From assembly GCA_040905505.1 (NCBI GenBank), contig JBBDRL010000109.1, forward strand, positions 4,509 to 68,508: a stretch of 64,000 bases of DNA. Reading direction: 5' to 3'. Shown piece by piece: positions 9,772 through 18,604 of the stretch. A program made the position numbers and the translations under genes. Position 1 is the first letter of the stretch, and each line of letters opens with the position of its first letter. The DNA comes from Gemmatimonadota bacterium (GTDB lineage: Bacteria > Gemmatimonadota > Gemmatimonadetes > Longimicrobiales > Longimicrobiaceae). Under the pieces are notes generated by a model that ran no database searches, was not told the DNA's origin, and was given only the letters and a program-made list of their open reading frames with translations.

Positions 9772-10231
9772 GCCGCGACGCGCCAGATGATCGGCTTGCC
9801 CGTGCCCTGCAAGCACGCCTATTTTCACGGCGTGCGCGTGCCCCCGCGCTACCCGGTCCCGCCCCACGCGTCCGAACCCCGCACCGGAAGGGGTGACCGA
9901 TGCGTCGGGGCCTCACGGCACTCGGTACAGCCTCAGCGGGGTCCATATTGATGAGAACGATGTTCTGTATGCGGCCGATTCCGAGTCCGGCCCTGCCTCC
10001 ATCCAGTACGTCGGAGAGTAGACCCTGAGAGCCCGAACTCTCGAGAGCCGCGTCTTCATCGCACTCGTCCTCGCGACGACTGCTGCTTTTCTCTGGCTCG
10101 TCCGCGACTTTCTTCAGCCGGTCTTCTGGGCTGCGGTCTTCGCGATCCTGTTCGGCCCCGTTTTTCGCCGCGTCAACCGGCTGGTCCGCGGGCGTAAGAG
10201 CATCGCTTCCTTCCTCACCATCCTGGTCGTC

Positions 10232-11191
10232 GTGGTGGTGGTGCTCGTCCCTTTCGGCCTGCTCATCGCCGCGGTCACGCAGCAGGCGCTCTCCCTGTAC
10301 CGCCGTATCTCCACCGGTGACATCGACCTGCGGGCGCCGGTCGAGTTCGTCGAGCGCTCGCTCCCCGCCGTGACCGATATCCTCGGCCGGTACGGCGTCG
10401 ACATCGATCAGGTCCGCAGCTCGGTCGAGAACACCGCCATCTCCATCAGCCAGTACGTCGGCGGGCAGGCGCTCGCCATCGGCCAGAACACGCTCACCGT
10501 CGCGGTGATGTTCGGCCTGATGCTCTACCTGCTGTTCTTCTTCCTGCGAGATGGTGAGCGCATTGTGCGCGGCATGATCCGCGCCCTGCCGATGGGTGAC
10601 GCGCGGGAGGCGCGGCTGTTCGCGAAATTCGCCGAGGTCGCGCGCGCAACCGTCAAGGGCACTCTCGTCGTTGCCATCGTGCAGGGTGCATTGGGGGGTG
10701 TCCTCTTCACGATCGCCGGCATCGGCGCGGCCGTTTTCTGGGGTGTCATGATGGGGATTCTCTCACTGCTGCCGGCGGTGGGGCCCGCGCTGATCTGGAT
10801 TCCGGCGGCAGTCGTCCTTTTCGTGACCGGGGCGGTCTGGGAGGGGATTCTCGTGATCGCGGGTGGCGCGGTCGTCGTGGGGCTGGTGGATAACATCCTT
10901 CGACCAATCCTCGTCGGCCGCGAGACGAAGATGCCGGACTACTTCGTCCTCATCGCCACCCTCGGCGGCCTCACCGTCTTCGGCCTCTCGGGCTTCGTCG
11001 CCGGACCGATCATCGCCGCGCTCTTCCTGGTCGTCTGGGAGATGTTCGCTGACGAGTACGCACCCGCCGATGCGCCCGGGTCCTACCCCAGTCCCCCGGC
11101 TCCTGCTGCGGTGCCTCCCCCCCCGACAGCACCTCCATCCGAGAGTCAGTCCGGCTCGCCCGAAGCACCCGCATCCGATTCCGAGAGCTGA
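10232..11191 (+). CDS. AI-2E family transporter (PerM/UPF0118); the true start is probably upstream
   Basis: 319 aa from the first canonical start (GTG 10232). The same frame is open from 10022 and encodes a family-typical first TM helix (see findings). Confidence 0.8.
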   Translation: MVVVLVPFGLLIAAVTQQALSLYRRISTGDIDLRAPVEFVERSLPAVTDILGRYGVDIDQVRSSVENTAISISQYVGGQALAIGQNTLTVAVMFGLMLYLLFFFLRDGERIVRGMIRALPMGDAREARLFAKFAEVARATVKGTLVVAIVQGALGGVLFTIAGIGAAVFWGVMMGILSLLPAVGPALIWIPAAVVLFVTGAVWEGILVIAGGAVVVGLVDNILRPILVGRETKMPDYFVLIATLGGLTVFGLSGFVAGPIIAALFLVVWEMFADEYAPADAPGSYPSPPAPAAVPPPPTAPPSESQSGSPEAPASDSES

Positions 11192-11547
11192 CGCTCGACC
11201 TCCTCCACGACCCGGCGTGGCTCGACCGGCTTAGCCAGATATCCGTCGCAGCCGGCAGCCTCCGCCCGCGCTCTGTCGGTCGCGAGTGCGTGGGCCGTGA
11301 GGGCGATGACCGGGATATGTGACGTCTCCTCCGAGGACTTCAGGATCTTCGTCGCTTCCCACCCATCGATCTTCGGGATCGAGATGTCCATCAGGATGAG
11401 GTCGGGGGATTGCTGTCTGGCCATCGTTATCCCCATCTCCCCATCGGTAGCTACGAGGACGGCATAGCCGAAGTGCTCGAGAATCGTCCGGTAGATCGCA
11501 GCGTTGTCCACATTGTCCTCCACCAGGAGGATGGTATTGGTCGACAT
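11146..11547 (-). CDS. Single-domain response regulator (CheY-like receiver)
   Basis: 133 aa with ILLVEDN, DLILMDISIP and AKP motifs. Confidence 0.9.
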   Translation of the reverse strand: MSTNTILLVEDNVDNAAIYRTILEHFGYAVLVATDGEMGITMARQQSPDLILMDISIPKIDGWEATKILKSSEETSHIPVIALTAHALATDRARAEAAGCDGYLAKPVEPRRVVEEVERQLSESDAGASGEPD

Positions 11548-11554
11548 GCTGATC

Positions 11555-13060
11555 TCAATCGAGTGGTGAATCGGCGGGCAGGCGCAGCGCGAACGTGCTG
11601 CCTTGGCCTACCTCGCTCTCGGCCAGGAGGTCGCCGCCGAGGAGACGTGCCAGCTCACGGCTGACCGAAAGACCCAGACCGGTTCCGTCCGTGCTGCTGC
11701 GGAGATCACGGTCGAGCTGCTCGAAGGGTACGAAAATCTGCTCCAGATGCTCAGGCGCGACCCCGATCCCGGTGTCGCTGACGCGTACGATGACGTCCGA
11801 GCCCTCGCGCTCGAGATCGACCTCGACCCAGCCCTGATCGGTGAACTTGACCGCGTTGCTCACCAGGTTGAACAGGATCTGGCGAAGCTTCCCGCCATCC
11901 GTGCGGATGATCTCCGGGTGATCGGGAACCTGGAGCCGCAGCTCGAGGCCCTGCCGCTCCGCCAGCGGCGATAGCAGATCGACGACTTCCGCCGCGATTG
12001 CCGTGCAGTCGACATCGCTGACATCGACGTTCTCCCCGCCGGCCTCGATCCGGGCGAGGCTCAGGACCTGGTTGACGAGCCCCAGCAGGTGCGTGGCTCC
12101 CGCTCTGACCCGATCGAGCTGCTTCTTCTGCTGAACGTTCAGCGGACCGGTAATCTCCGCGACAAGAAGGTCGGTATAGCCGATGATCGCATTCATCGGC
12201 GTGCGGAACTCGTGGCTCATGACCGCCAGGAACTGGCTCTTGGCCTGATTCGCCCGGTTCGCCTCCTCCCGCGCCGCCTCGGCCGCCGACTTGGCCACTG
12301 CGAGCGCCTCATTCGCCTTGGTGAGTGACTCGTTGACGCTTCGGGCCTCTTCGATCTGCCGTTCCAGTTCCGTCGCCTGCTCTTCGAGATGCACCGCCTG
12401 CGCCTGCAGCTCCTCGGTCTGCATCTCCAGCTCCGATGCCTGCTCCTGGATGCGGTCGCGGGCGTCCTCGAGTTCGGCGACCAGCCGCGAATTTTCGATC
12501 GCCGTCGCCGCCCGCCGCGCCAGATCCGCCAGGAGCTTACAATCGAGCTGGGAGTACGTCCGCCCGGATTCGGCATGTACGAACGTCAATGCGCCGAGGA
12601 CCGCGTTCGCGGTGCTGAGCGGTGCCGCCACGAACGATCTAAGCTGAAGTTGCTTGATGAGAGCCAGGTGCTCGGCGTCCTGCGCTGCCTCACGCAGCAG
12701 CTCGTCCGGGATATTCTCGAGGTATTCGACCTCTCCCGACCGGATCACCTGCGGAACGCCGTGGGGAGCGCTCTCATCCGGCGGGTAGCGCTCCTGGAGG
12801 GCGTACACGAACGCCACCTTCTCCGGGTTCTGGTGCTCCACCGCGACACGCTCGGTTCGCCCATGCGGATCAATTAGATCGACCGCGCACCAGTCCGCGA
12901 ACCGAGGGACCGCGAGCTTGGCGATGTTGCGCAGTGTCTGGGCGTAGTCGAGCGAAGACGCCAGGATCTGGCTCGCGTCCGCCAGGAAAGCCGCTCGCTC
13001 CTCGCTCCGGCGAAGTGCCTCCTCCATTTCGCCGTGTTTGTTCCTGTCCTCGGTATCCAT
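11555..13060 (-). CDS. GAF-domain sensor histidine kinase
   Basis: 501 aa with an N-terminal GAF-like region, a coiled coil, an H-box (SHEFRTPMN), an N-box, and G1/G2 boxes (DTGIG, GTGLGL). Confidence 0.9.
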   Translation of the reverse strand: MDTEDRNKHGEMEEALRRSEERAAFLADASQILASSLDYAQTLRNIAKLAVPRFADWCAVDLIDPHGRTERVAVEHQNPEKVAFVYALQERYPPDESAPHGVPQVIRSGEVEYLENIPDELLREAAQDAEHLALIKQLQLRSFVAAPLSTANAVLGALTFVHAESGRTYSQLDCKLLADLARRAATAIENSRLVAELEDARDRIQEQASELEMQTEELQAQAVHLEEQATELERQIEEARSVNESLTKANEALAVAKSAAEAAREEANRANQAKSQFLAVMSHEFRTPMNAIIGYTDLLVAEITGPLNVQQKKQLDRVRAGATHLLGLVNQVLSLARIEAGGENVDVSDVDCTAIAAEVVDLLSPLAERQGLELRLQVPDHPEIIRTDGGKLRQILFNLVSNAVKFTDQGWVEVDLEREGSDVIVRVSDTGIGVAPEHLEQIFVPFEQLDRDLRSSTDGTGLGLSVSRELARLLGGDLLAESEVGQGSTFALRLPADSPLD

Positions 13061-13230
13061 GCCCTTTTCTGATATTGTGATCGCGGGACCGCCAGTTCGC
13101 CCGCGCTCCGAACATGCCGCTACGGCACCCGTGATTGCAAGGGCTTCACGGCACTCTGCTGCCGGGATCGCTGGCTTGGAACGTGCACTATCGGAAGGTT
13201 CCTTCAGGGCCTATAAGAGGAGTGAATTGA

Positions 13231-13908
13231 ATGGATAGCAACGAGAAGCAAAGCGATGGCGGCCGCATGGAACGGATCGGCGAACGCACGCGGCAAGCGG
13301 CTGAGCGGACCCGAGAAGAGATGGCCGCGCGCGCCAGCGGTCTGGCGGAAGCGTCTCGCGATACGGCCGACCAGGCGCGTGAGAAGCTTGGACGCGCCGC
13401 CGAGATCGTCAAGAACGCCGAGCCCGACGAGCACCTGCGCGAGACGGTGCGAGGCACCACGCAGAACAGCATGCATCGGGCGGGCGATTCGCTCGGCCGC
13501 GCGGCACCGAAAATCGGCAGGGGCGCTGAATCGGCGGCAGTCAAAGCGGGCGCCGCGCTTCACAAGGTAGCCCGGCCGCTATCGGCCATTCTGGGCGCCA
13601 TCGCGGCTACCGTCGGTGGCTGGTGGAAGCAGGCGTCGGCCGGCGATCCCTCCCTGCCGAAGCCTGCGGACGAGGCCTGCCGAGCGCATTTCGCGACTCT
13701 CTCCGGCATTCCCACCGGCGTCACCTTCGAACGTGCACGTCCGGGTTACGCACTGGGCTTCCTCGCCGGGCAGAATCCGGATTATCGCGGCCGTCCCTTC
13801 GACGAGGTCGAAGGCGATCTGAGGACCGGATTCAGCAGCGATACGCCCGAGGAGTACGAGGCGCTGCGCGAGTTCGTTCGATTCGGGTACGGCCGGGCGA
13901 CTGCCTGA
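13231..13908 (+). CDS. Hypothetical protein (charged helical N-terminus, one TM segment, conserved-looking C-terminal domain)
   Basis: 225 aa ORF with an AGGAG RBS upstream and GC-rich third positions. Confidence 0.6.
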   Translation: MDSNEKQSDGGRMERIGERTRQAAERTREEMAARASGLAEASRDTADQAREKLGRAAEIVKNAEPDEHLRETVRGTTQNSMHRAGDSLGRAAPKIGRGAESAAVKAGAALHKVARPLSAILGAIAATVGGWWKQASAGDPSLPKPADEACRAHFATLSGIPTGVTFERARPGYALGFLAGQNPDYRGRPFDEVEGDLRTGFSSDTPEEYEALREFVRFGYGRATA

Positions 13909-14008
13909 CCGAACGCCGGTGCGGGATCGACGCGGCAGAGTTAACTTGCCGAACTCTGCTGCAGCGATCCTGCGCCGCGACGCCACCACCTTCATCGTGA
14001 CGAGGAAC

Positions 14009-14296
14009 ATGAGCGACACCAACGAGCTTCCCGCGACTGCCGGTGGCCGCGAGCAGCTGAGCCAGCGTCTGGCCGACATCAGTGCCAAGGTGGACCAGGG
14101 CGATTTCTCGGGAGCACGGGCCGACATGTTCGTGGGGCGGTGGAAGGAAGGAGTGGCCGCGGACGACGTTCCCGAGGACGACCTGACGCAGGCGGGTATG
14201 CACATGGACACCGCGCATTCCGCGCTCTCGCGGTGGCCGCCCGATCTGCCGACGGCCACGAAGGCGATCGCGGAAGCCCGCAAAATCGTCGGGTAG
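14009..14296 (+). CDS. Hypothetical small helical protein
   Basis: In-frame ATG at 14009 (MSDTNELP...) within ORF 13919-14296. Confidence 0.45.
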   Translation: MSDTNELPATAGGREQLSQRLADISAKVDQGDFSGARADMFVGRWKEGVAADDVPEDDLTQAGMHMDTAHSALSRWPPDLPTATKAIAEARKIVG

Positions 14297-14501
14297 TCGA
14301 GTCAGTCTGGCGTGTTGCCCCGCGCGCCGGCGGGGGCCCGGCACGCGGAAATCGCACGGCCTGCTCTCCCGCTTGCTCTCCATGCTCGAGGCTCAGACCT
14401 TGCACACCATTCCTCTCTCCTGACCATCAGGATCCGTGCATCCGCGGCGCGAGTGTTCGGCTGCGGCGGTCACTAATGAGAATGACAAGTGAGGTGGGCT
14501 G

Positions 14502-14858
14502 ATGCCTCAGAAATCTTACGCCGTACTCGTTCTTCTAATTCTCGCGACGGCCGTCTCTGCCTGCGCACACCTCGGCGGCGGCGGGGACGCTACCGCGGAG
14601 CTGCGTGTGGAGAATAATCTCATCCCGCCTACCACCTTGAGTGTCTATGCATTGCCGGATACCGGCACCCGTCAGCTGGTGGGGATCGTAAGGCCGGGAG
14701 CCACGACCGACCTGTCGTTTTCGCCCCGCGCCGCGGCCAGCTACCAGTTCGTCGCTGAGACGACAGAAGGGCGCGATATCGTATCGCCTCCGATCAACAT
14801 ACGCGCCGGCGACACCGCTGAATGGGACCTGGATGCCAATATCGTGCTGCCCCAATGA
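14502..14858 (+). CDS. Hypothetical lipoprotein (paralog of 39604-40029)
   Basis: 118 aa with the lipobox LATAVSAC and a GAGGTGGG RBS. It is alignable to the other lipoprotein in the window. Confidence 0.65.
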   Translation: MPQKSYAVLVLLILATAVSACAHLGGGGDATAELRVENNLIPPTTLSVYALPDTGTRQLVGIVRPGATTDLSFSPRAAASYQFVAETTEGRDIVSPPINIRAGDTAEWDLDANIVLPQ

Positions 14859-15051
14859 GAATCAGCGTCGTCTGAAGTGGGCTTGCTGGGATCAGAGGCC
14901 AGCGTCGTCTTCGGCAGCACTAAAGGACTCGCTCAACGATCACCACGTCACGCCAGGCGCGGTCCAGACGCCCGTGTTTCGCGTATATGCCGTCTCTCCG
15001 CGCTCCGCTGACCACCTCTCCATGCCGCGAAACACCCCGCGGCGCCACCGG

Positions 15052-16149
15052 CTACGCTGGTGTAGCGAGCTCCCACGCGTTCGAAGCGGCCGGCAAACCG
15101 AACGTCTCCGCGAGCAGCGCGTACGAGCGACGCCGGGCCCTCGGATCGTGAATCATCGAGCTGACCATCACCTCGTTCGCGCCTGCCTCACGAGCCGCCT
15201 CGGTGATGGCCTCCCGAAGCCGTTCGGGCCGCCCGATGTACTGGAGCCGCCGATAAGATTCGGCGATTGCCCGCTCCTGAGCCGTGTACGGATACGCCCG
15301 TGCCTCGTCCGGCGTCGGCAACGGCCCGAACTCGCCGCGCCTCAGGCGGACCCACACCAGGTCTCCCGTCGACGCGTGGTAATCCGCCTCCTCGTCCGTC
15401 TCGGCGCAAATCACCGACACAGCGAGAATCACGTGCGGTTCCTCGCGGCCGGCGCCCCCCCGGAAGCTTTCCCGATACGCCCGGGTCGCGGGCGCCGCCG
15501 GGGCCGGGCTGAAATGACTCGCGAAGGCGTAGCCCAGGCCCAGCGATCCCGCCAACTCCGCGCTCGCGCCGCTCGAGCCTAGCAACCATATCGGCGGAAG
15601 CGTTACTCCGCTCGGGATGACCTGCACCGAGTGAAACGGATGCTCCACCGGGAGGGTGCCCGCCGACAGCCCCACCAGCTCGGCGAGCTGCTGGTTGAAC
15701 TGCTCCGGCCCGAACGGTCGCAGCGCCCGCGACGTGCCCGGATCCGTCCCCGGGGCGCGCCCGATTCCCAGATCGATCCGGCCGGGGTACAACGCCTCCA
15801 ACGTGTGAAACGACTCCGCCAGCTTCAGCGGTACGTGGTTCTGAAGCATCATTCCACCCGACCCTACCCGGATCCGCTCCGTCGCCGCCGCCGCGTGCGC
15901 GATCAGTATCTCCGGCGACGAGCTTGCTATGCTGGGCATCCCGTGGTGCTCGGCGAACCAGTACCGTGTATAGCCGGCCTCGTCCGCGAGACGCGCCAAT
16001 CTCCTCGAGTCCTTCAGCGCTTCCACCGCCGTTCCCCCGCTGCCGATTGGCGCGAGGTCCAGCACCGACAGCGGAATCGACCCCTCCGAATCTCTATCGT
16101 TCATCATGCCAACCCGTTGACCGAAGTGGGGCAGTTCTGTATCGTTCAC
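15052..16149 (-). CDS. LLM-class (luciferase-like) flavin-dependent oxidoreductase
   Basis: 365 aa with LSVLDLAPI..., RYWFAEHH, and IDLGIGRAPG motifs of the group-1 luciferase-family oxidoreductases. Confidence 0.85.
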   Translation of the reverse strand: MNDTELPHFGQRVGMMNDRDSEGSIPLSVLDLAPIGSGGTAVEALKDSRRLARLADEAGYTRYWFAEHHGMPSIASSSPEILIAHAAAATERIRVGSGGMMLQNHVPLKLAESFHTLEALYPGRIDLGIGRAPGTDPGTSRALRPFGPEQFNQQLAELVGLSAGTLPVEHPFHSVQVIPSGVTLPPIWLLGSSGASAELAGSLGLGYAFASHFSPAPAAPATRAYRESFRGGAGREEPHVILAVSVICAETDEEADYHASTGDLVWVRLRRGEFGPLPTPDEARAYPYTAQERAIAESYRRLQYIGRPERLREAITEAAREAGANEVMVSSMIHDPRARRRSYALLAETFGLPAASNAWELATPA

Positions 16150-16151
16150 GT

Positions 16152-16580
16152 ATGAACGAATACACCGGTGGTCTCCTGGACGATCCGCTCGTGAGCGCTC
16201 TGCTGCGTGCGGCGGAGATGCTTCGGGATCGGATCGAGGGAGCGCTGGGGGAGGTCGGCCTGTCGGGAGCTCGCTATTCCGTGCTGGAGGAGCTGGCGCG
16301 GACGGACGAACCGCTGGCGCTCGGCGAGCTAGCCGCCCGCGTTTCGTGTGTACGATCGAACATGACGCAGCTCACGGATCGCCTGGAGGCGGATGGCCTG
16401 GTGCGACGCGTTCGCGACCCAGCGGATCGGCGCTGCGTACGTGCGGAGTTGACGCAGGCGGGTACCAAGAGGCAACGTGCCGGGGCGGAGAAGCTTCGCG
16501 CCGTGCATGGCGCGTTCATGGGTGGGCTTGCCGTCGAGGATCGGGCGGCGTTGCTGGAGGCCCTGCGGGCGATCACGTAG
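16152..16580 (+). CDS. MarR family transcriptional regulator
   Basis: ATG 16152 gives a 142 aa protein containing LELGELAARVSCVRSNMTQLTDRLEADGLVRRVRDPADRR, a wHTH. It is divergent from the LLM gene. Confidence 0.85.
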   Translation: MNEYTGGLLDDPLVSALLRAAEMLRDRIEGALGEVGLSGARYSVLEELARTDEPLALGELAARVSCVRSNMTQLTDRLEADGLVRRVRDPADRRCVRAELTQAGTKRQRAGAEKLRAVHGAFMGGLAVEDRAALLEALRAIT

Positions 16581-16710
16581 CGGCCGGTCGGGGTTTCCCC
16601 GGGTTCCGTCGTAGGGATGGCCGTTGGGCGGAACCTGGTCGCAGCGCGAGGATGCCAGACGGATACGAGGAGTGGAGAAGTTGCCCGAAACCGAGGAAGG
16701 GGAGTAGGCG

Positions 16711-17409
16711 ATGAAGGTCGAGATTTATTCGGACGTGGTATGTCCTTGGTGTTATATCGGAGAGCGGCGCTTCGAACGTGCGCTGGCGGGATTCGAGCAC
16801 GTCGGCGAGGTGGAGGTGGAGTTCCGACCCTTTCAGCTCGACCCGGACGCGCCGGCCGAGTCGATTCCGCTGAAGTCTTATCTGGCTCGGCGGTTCGGTG
16901 GATCCGCCGACGGCATGCTTCGTAATGTGAGCGATGCCGCCGGCGGGGAGGGGATCTCCATCGACTGGGAGAATGCCAAGGCGGTGAATACGCGTGATTC
17001 TCACCGGCTGCTGGAGCTGGCATCGCGTGAGTACGGGCGCGGCGTCCAGCGCAGCCTCCTGGAGCACCTGTTCGCCGCCCACTTCAGCGAGGGAGGCGAT
17101 GTGGGTGACCTCGACTGCCTCACCGAACTCGGGGTGGCCGCCGGAATGGACGAGGAACGGGTTAAAGGATACCTCGAGTCGGGGGAGGGGGCGGAGGAGC
17201 TCACACAGGAGCTCGAACGGGCGCGGAGTCTCGGGATTCGCGCGGTTCCGGCGTTCTTATTCGAAGGCAAGTACGTGATCGAAGGGGCGCAGCCGTCATC
17301 CACGTTTCTGCAGGTGCTCGAAGAGGTGCAGCAGCGGCTGGAGCACGAGAAAGGGGACCCGGTCGATGCCGACTGTGATGACGGCGTGTGCGCCGCTAGA
17401 GAAGGATAG
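16711..17409 (+). CDS. DsbA/FrnE-family thiol oxidoreductase
   Basis: 232 aa with the SDVVCPWCYIG active-site CxxC. Confidence 0.85.
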   Translation: MKVEIYSDVVCPWCYIGERRFERALAGFEHVGEVEVEFRPFQLDPDAPAESIPLKSYLARRFGGSADGMLRNVSDAAGGEGISIDWENAKAVNTRDSHRLLELASREYGRGVQRSLLEHLFAAHFSEGGDVGDLDCLTELGVAAGMDEERVKGYLESGEGAEELTQELERARSLGIRAVPAFLFEGKYVIEGAQPSSTFLQVLEEVQQRLEHEKGDPVDADCDDGVCAAREG

Positions 17410-17417
17410 GAGTCCGT

Positions 17418-17786
17418 GTGGCCTGGCTGATCCTGATCGTGGCTGGCCTCCTGGAAGTTGCCTGGGCCGTCGGCCTGAAGTACACCGACGGCTTCACGAG
17501 GCCGCTCCCTTCCGTGCTTACGGTGGTTGCGATCGCCGCGAGCATGCTCCTGCTGGCGATCGCGGCCCGGACACTGCCGATCGGCACCGCCTACGCGGTG
17601 TGGGTCGGAATCGGGGCCTTGGGCGCCGGCATTTTCGGGATCGTTCTGTTCGGCGAGCCGGCGAGCGCCGGCCGTGTCTTCTTCCTCGCCCTGCTGGTCC
17701 TCTCGATCGTCGGGTTGAAGGCGACCACCCCCACACCAGACCCGGTGACCCGCGCCCCCACTGAGGCAGTGGACCGGAGACCGTAG
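17418..17786 (+). CDS. sugE: SMR-family exporter, SugE/Gdx subtype
   Basis: 122 aa. MAWLILIVAGLLEVAWAVGLKYTDGF has the conserved TM1 Glu. Confidence 0.85.
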   Translation: MAWLILIVAGLLEVAWAVGLKYTDGFTRPLPSVLTVVAIAASMLLLAIAARTLPIGTAYAVWVGIGALGAGIFGIVLFGEPASAGRVFFLALLVLSIVGLKATTPTPDPVTRAPTEAVDRRP

Positions 17787-17873
17787 CACCCAATCAGCCG
17801 TGCGTTTCGCAGCAACGGGGGATCGGTAGCGCCGCGAATCGCCCTGGCGTGCGGCTTCGCCCGTTCCACACTG

Positions 17874-17901
17874 TTGCTCAACGACACGTGCGGCTTACAA
17901 T
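17874..17901 (+). promoter_or_regulatory. Sigma-70-type promoter candidate for the HmuY-like gene
   Basis: TTGCTC (17874-17879), a 16-nt spacer, then TACAAT (17896-17901). An AAGGAG RBS precedes ATG 17946. Confidence 0.45.
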
Positions 17902-17945
17902 TTGTCAGCGGAAGGCGTCCGGAACCAGCTAAGGAGCGACCCGCG

Positions 17946-18581
17946 ATGGCTTCTTCTCGTACTTGGCACGGGCAGGTGGGGCTTGCGGCCGTGATTGCCG
18001 TATCGGCGCTCGCTGGAACCCTGATGGTCGGCTTCCTGATCATGGGGCTGATTCAGAGAGAACCGCCAACCTACTCCGTTACCGCGGCCGAGCCGCGGCC
18101 CGCGAACGGCCGTTTGGTCGGCCCCGACAGCGTGACCGTCGATGCGACCCACCCCGAGCAGTGGCGCTACTTCTCCTTCGCTGCCGGGACGACGGTCGAT
18201 CGGCCGGGGCCGCTGGAGTGGGATATCGCCTTCCGGCGCTTTCAGGTGATGGTCAATGGGGGGCAGGGCTTCGCGGGTTCCGCCGGTGTCGTCGACCTCG
18301 GCGAGCAGCCGTTCGAATCGGTGCGGGCCGTGCCCACCCGGGGGTATGTCGTCAATACCGTTCGTAGTGATACGCTCAACGCCGAGATCGGAGACTGGTA
18401 CAGCTACTCCTACTTCACGCACCTGCTAACCCCCCGAGCGCGAACCTTTGCCGTTCGAACGGCCGACGGGCGCTTCGCCAAGCTCCAATTCGTCGGCTAT
18501 TACTGCCCGGGCGCGACCCCGGGCTGCGTCACCTTCCGCTACGTGTTCCAGGGCGCCGGCGGGCCGGACCTGAGCACCTGA
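17946..18581 (+). CDS. HmuY-like family protein, membrane-anchored or secreted
   Basis: ATG 17946 is chosen because of the promoter and RBS. It has an N-terminal TM segment, EWDIAFRRFQVMVNGG and DWYSYSY motifs that resemble HmuY-family proteins. Confidence 0.55.
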   Translation: MASSRTWHGQVGLAAVIAVSALAGTLMVGFLIMGLIQREPPTYSVTAAEPRPANGRLVGPDSVTVDATHPEQWRYFSFAAGTTVDRPGPLEWDIAFRRFQVMVNGGQGFAGSAGVVDLGEQPFESVRAVPTRGYVVNTVRSDTLNAEIGDWYSYSYFTHLLTPRARTFAVRTADGRFAKLQFVGYYCPGATPGCVTFRYVFQGAGGPDLST

Positions 18582-18604
18582 TCGGACCGGACTCCCCGCT
18601 CCGC

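Noticed and set aside
14863-14910. 11-nt direct repeat CAGCGTCGTCT (14863-14873 and 14900-14910) between convergent genes.
   Set aside because: A single short repeat pair with no associated structure or gene. It is compatible with chance.
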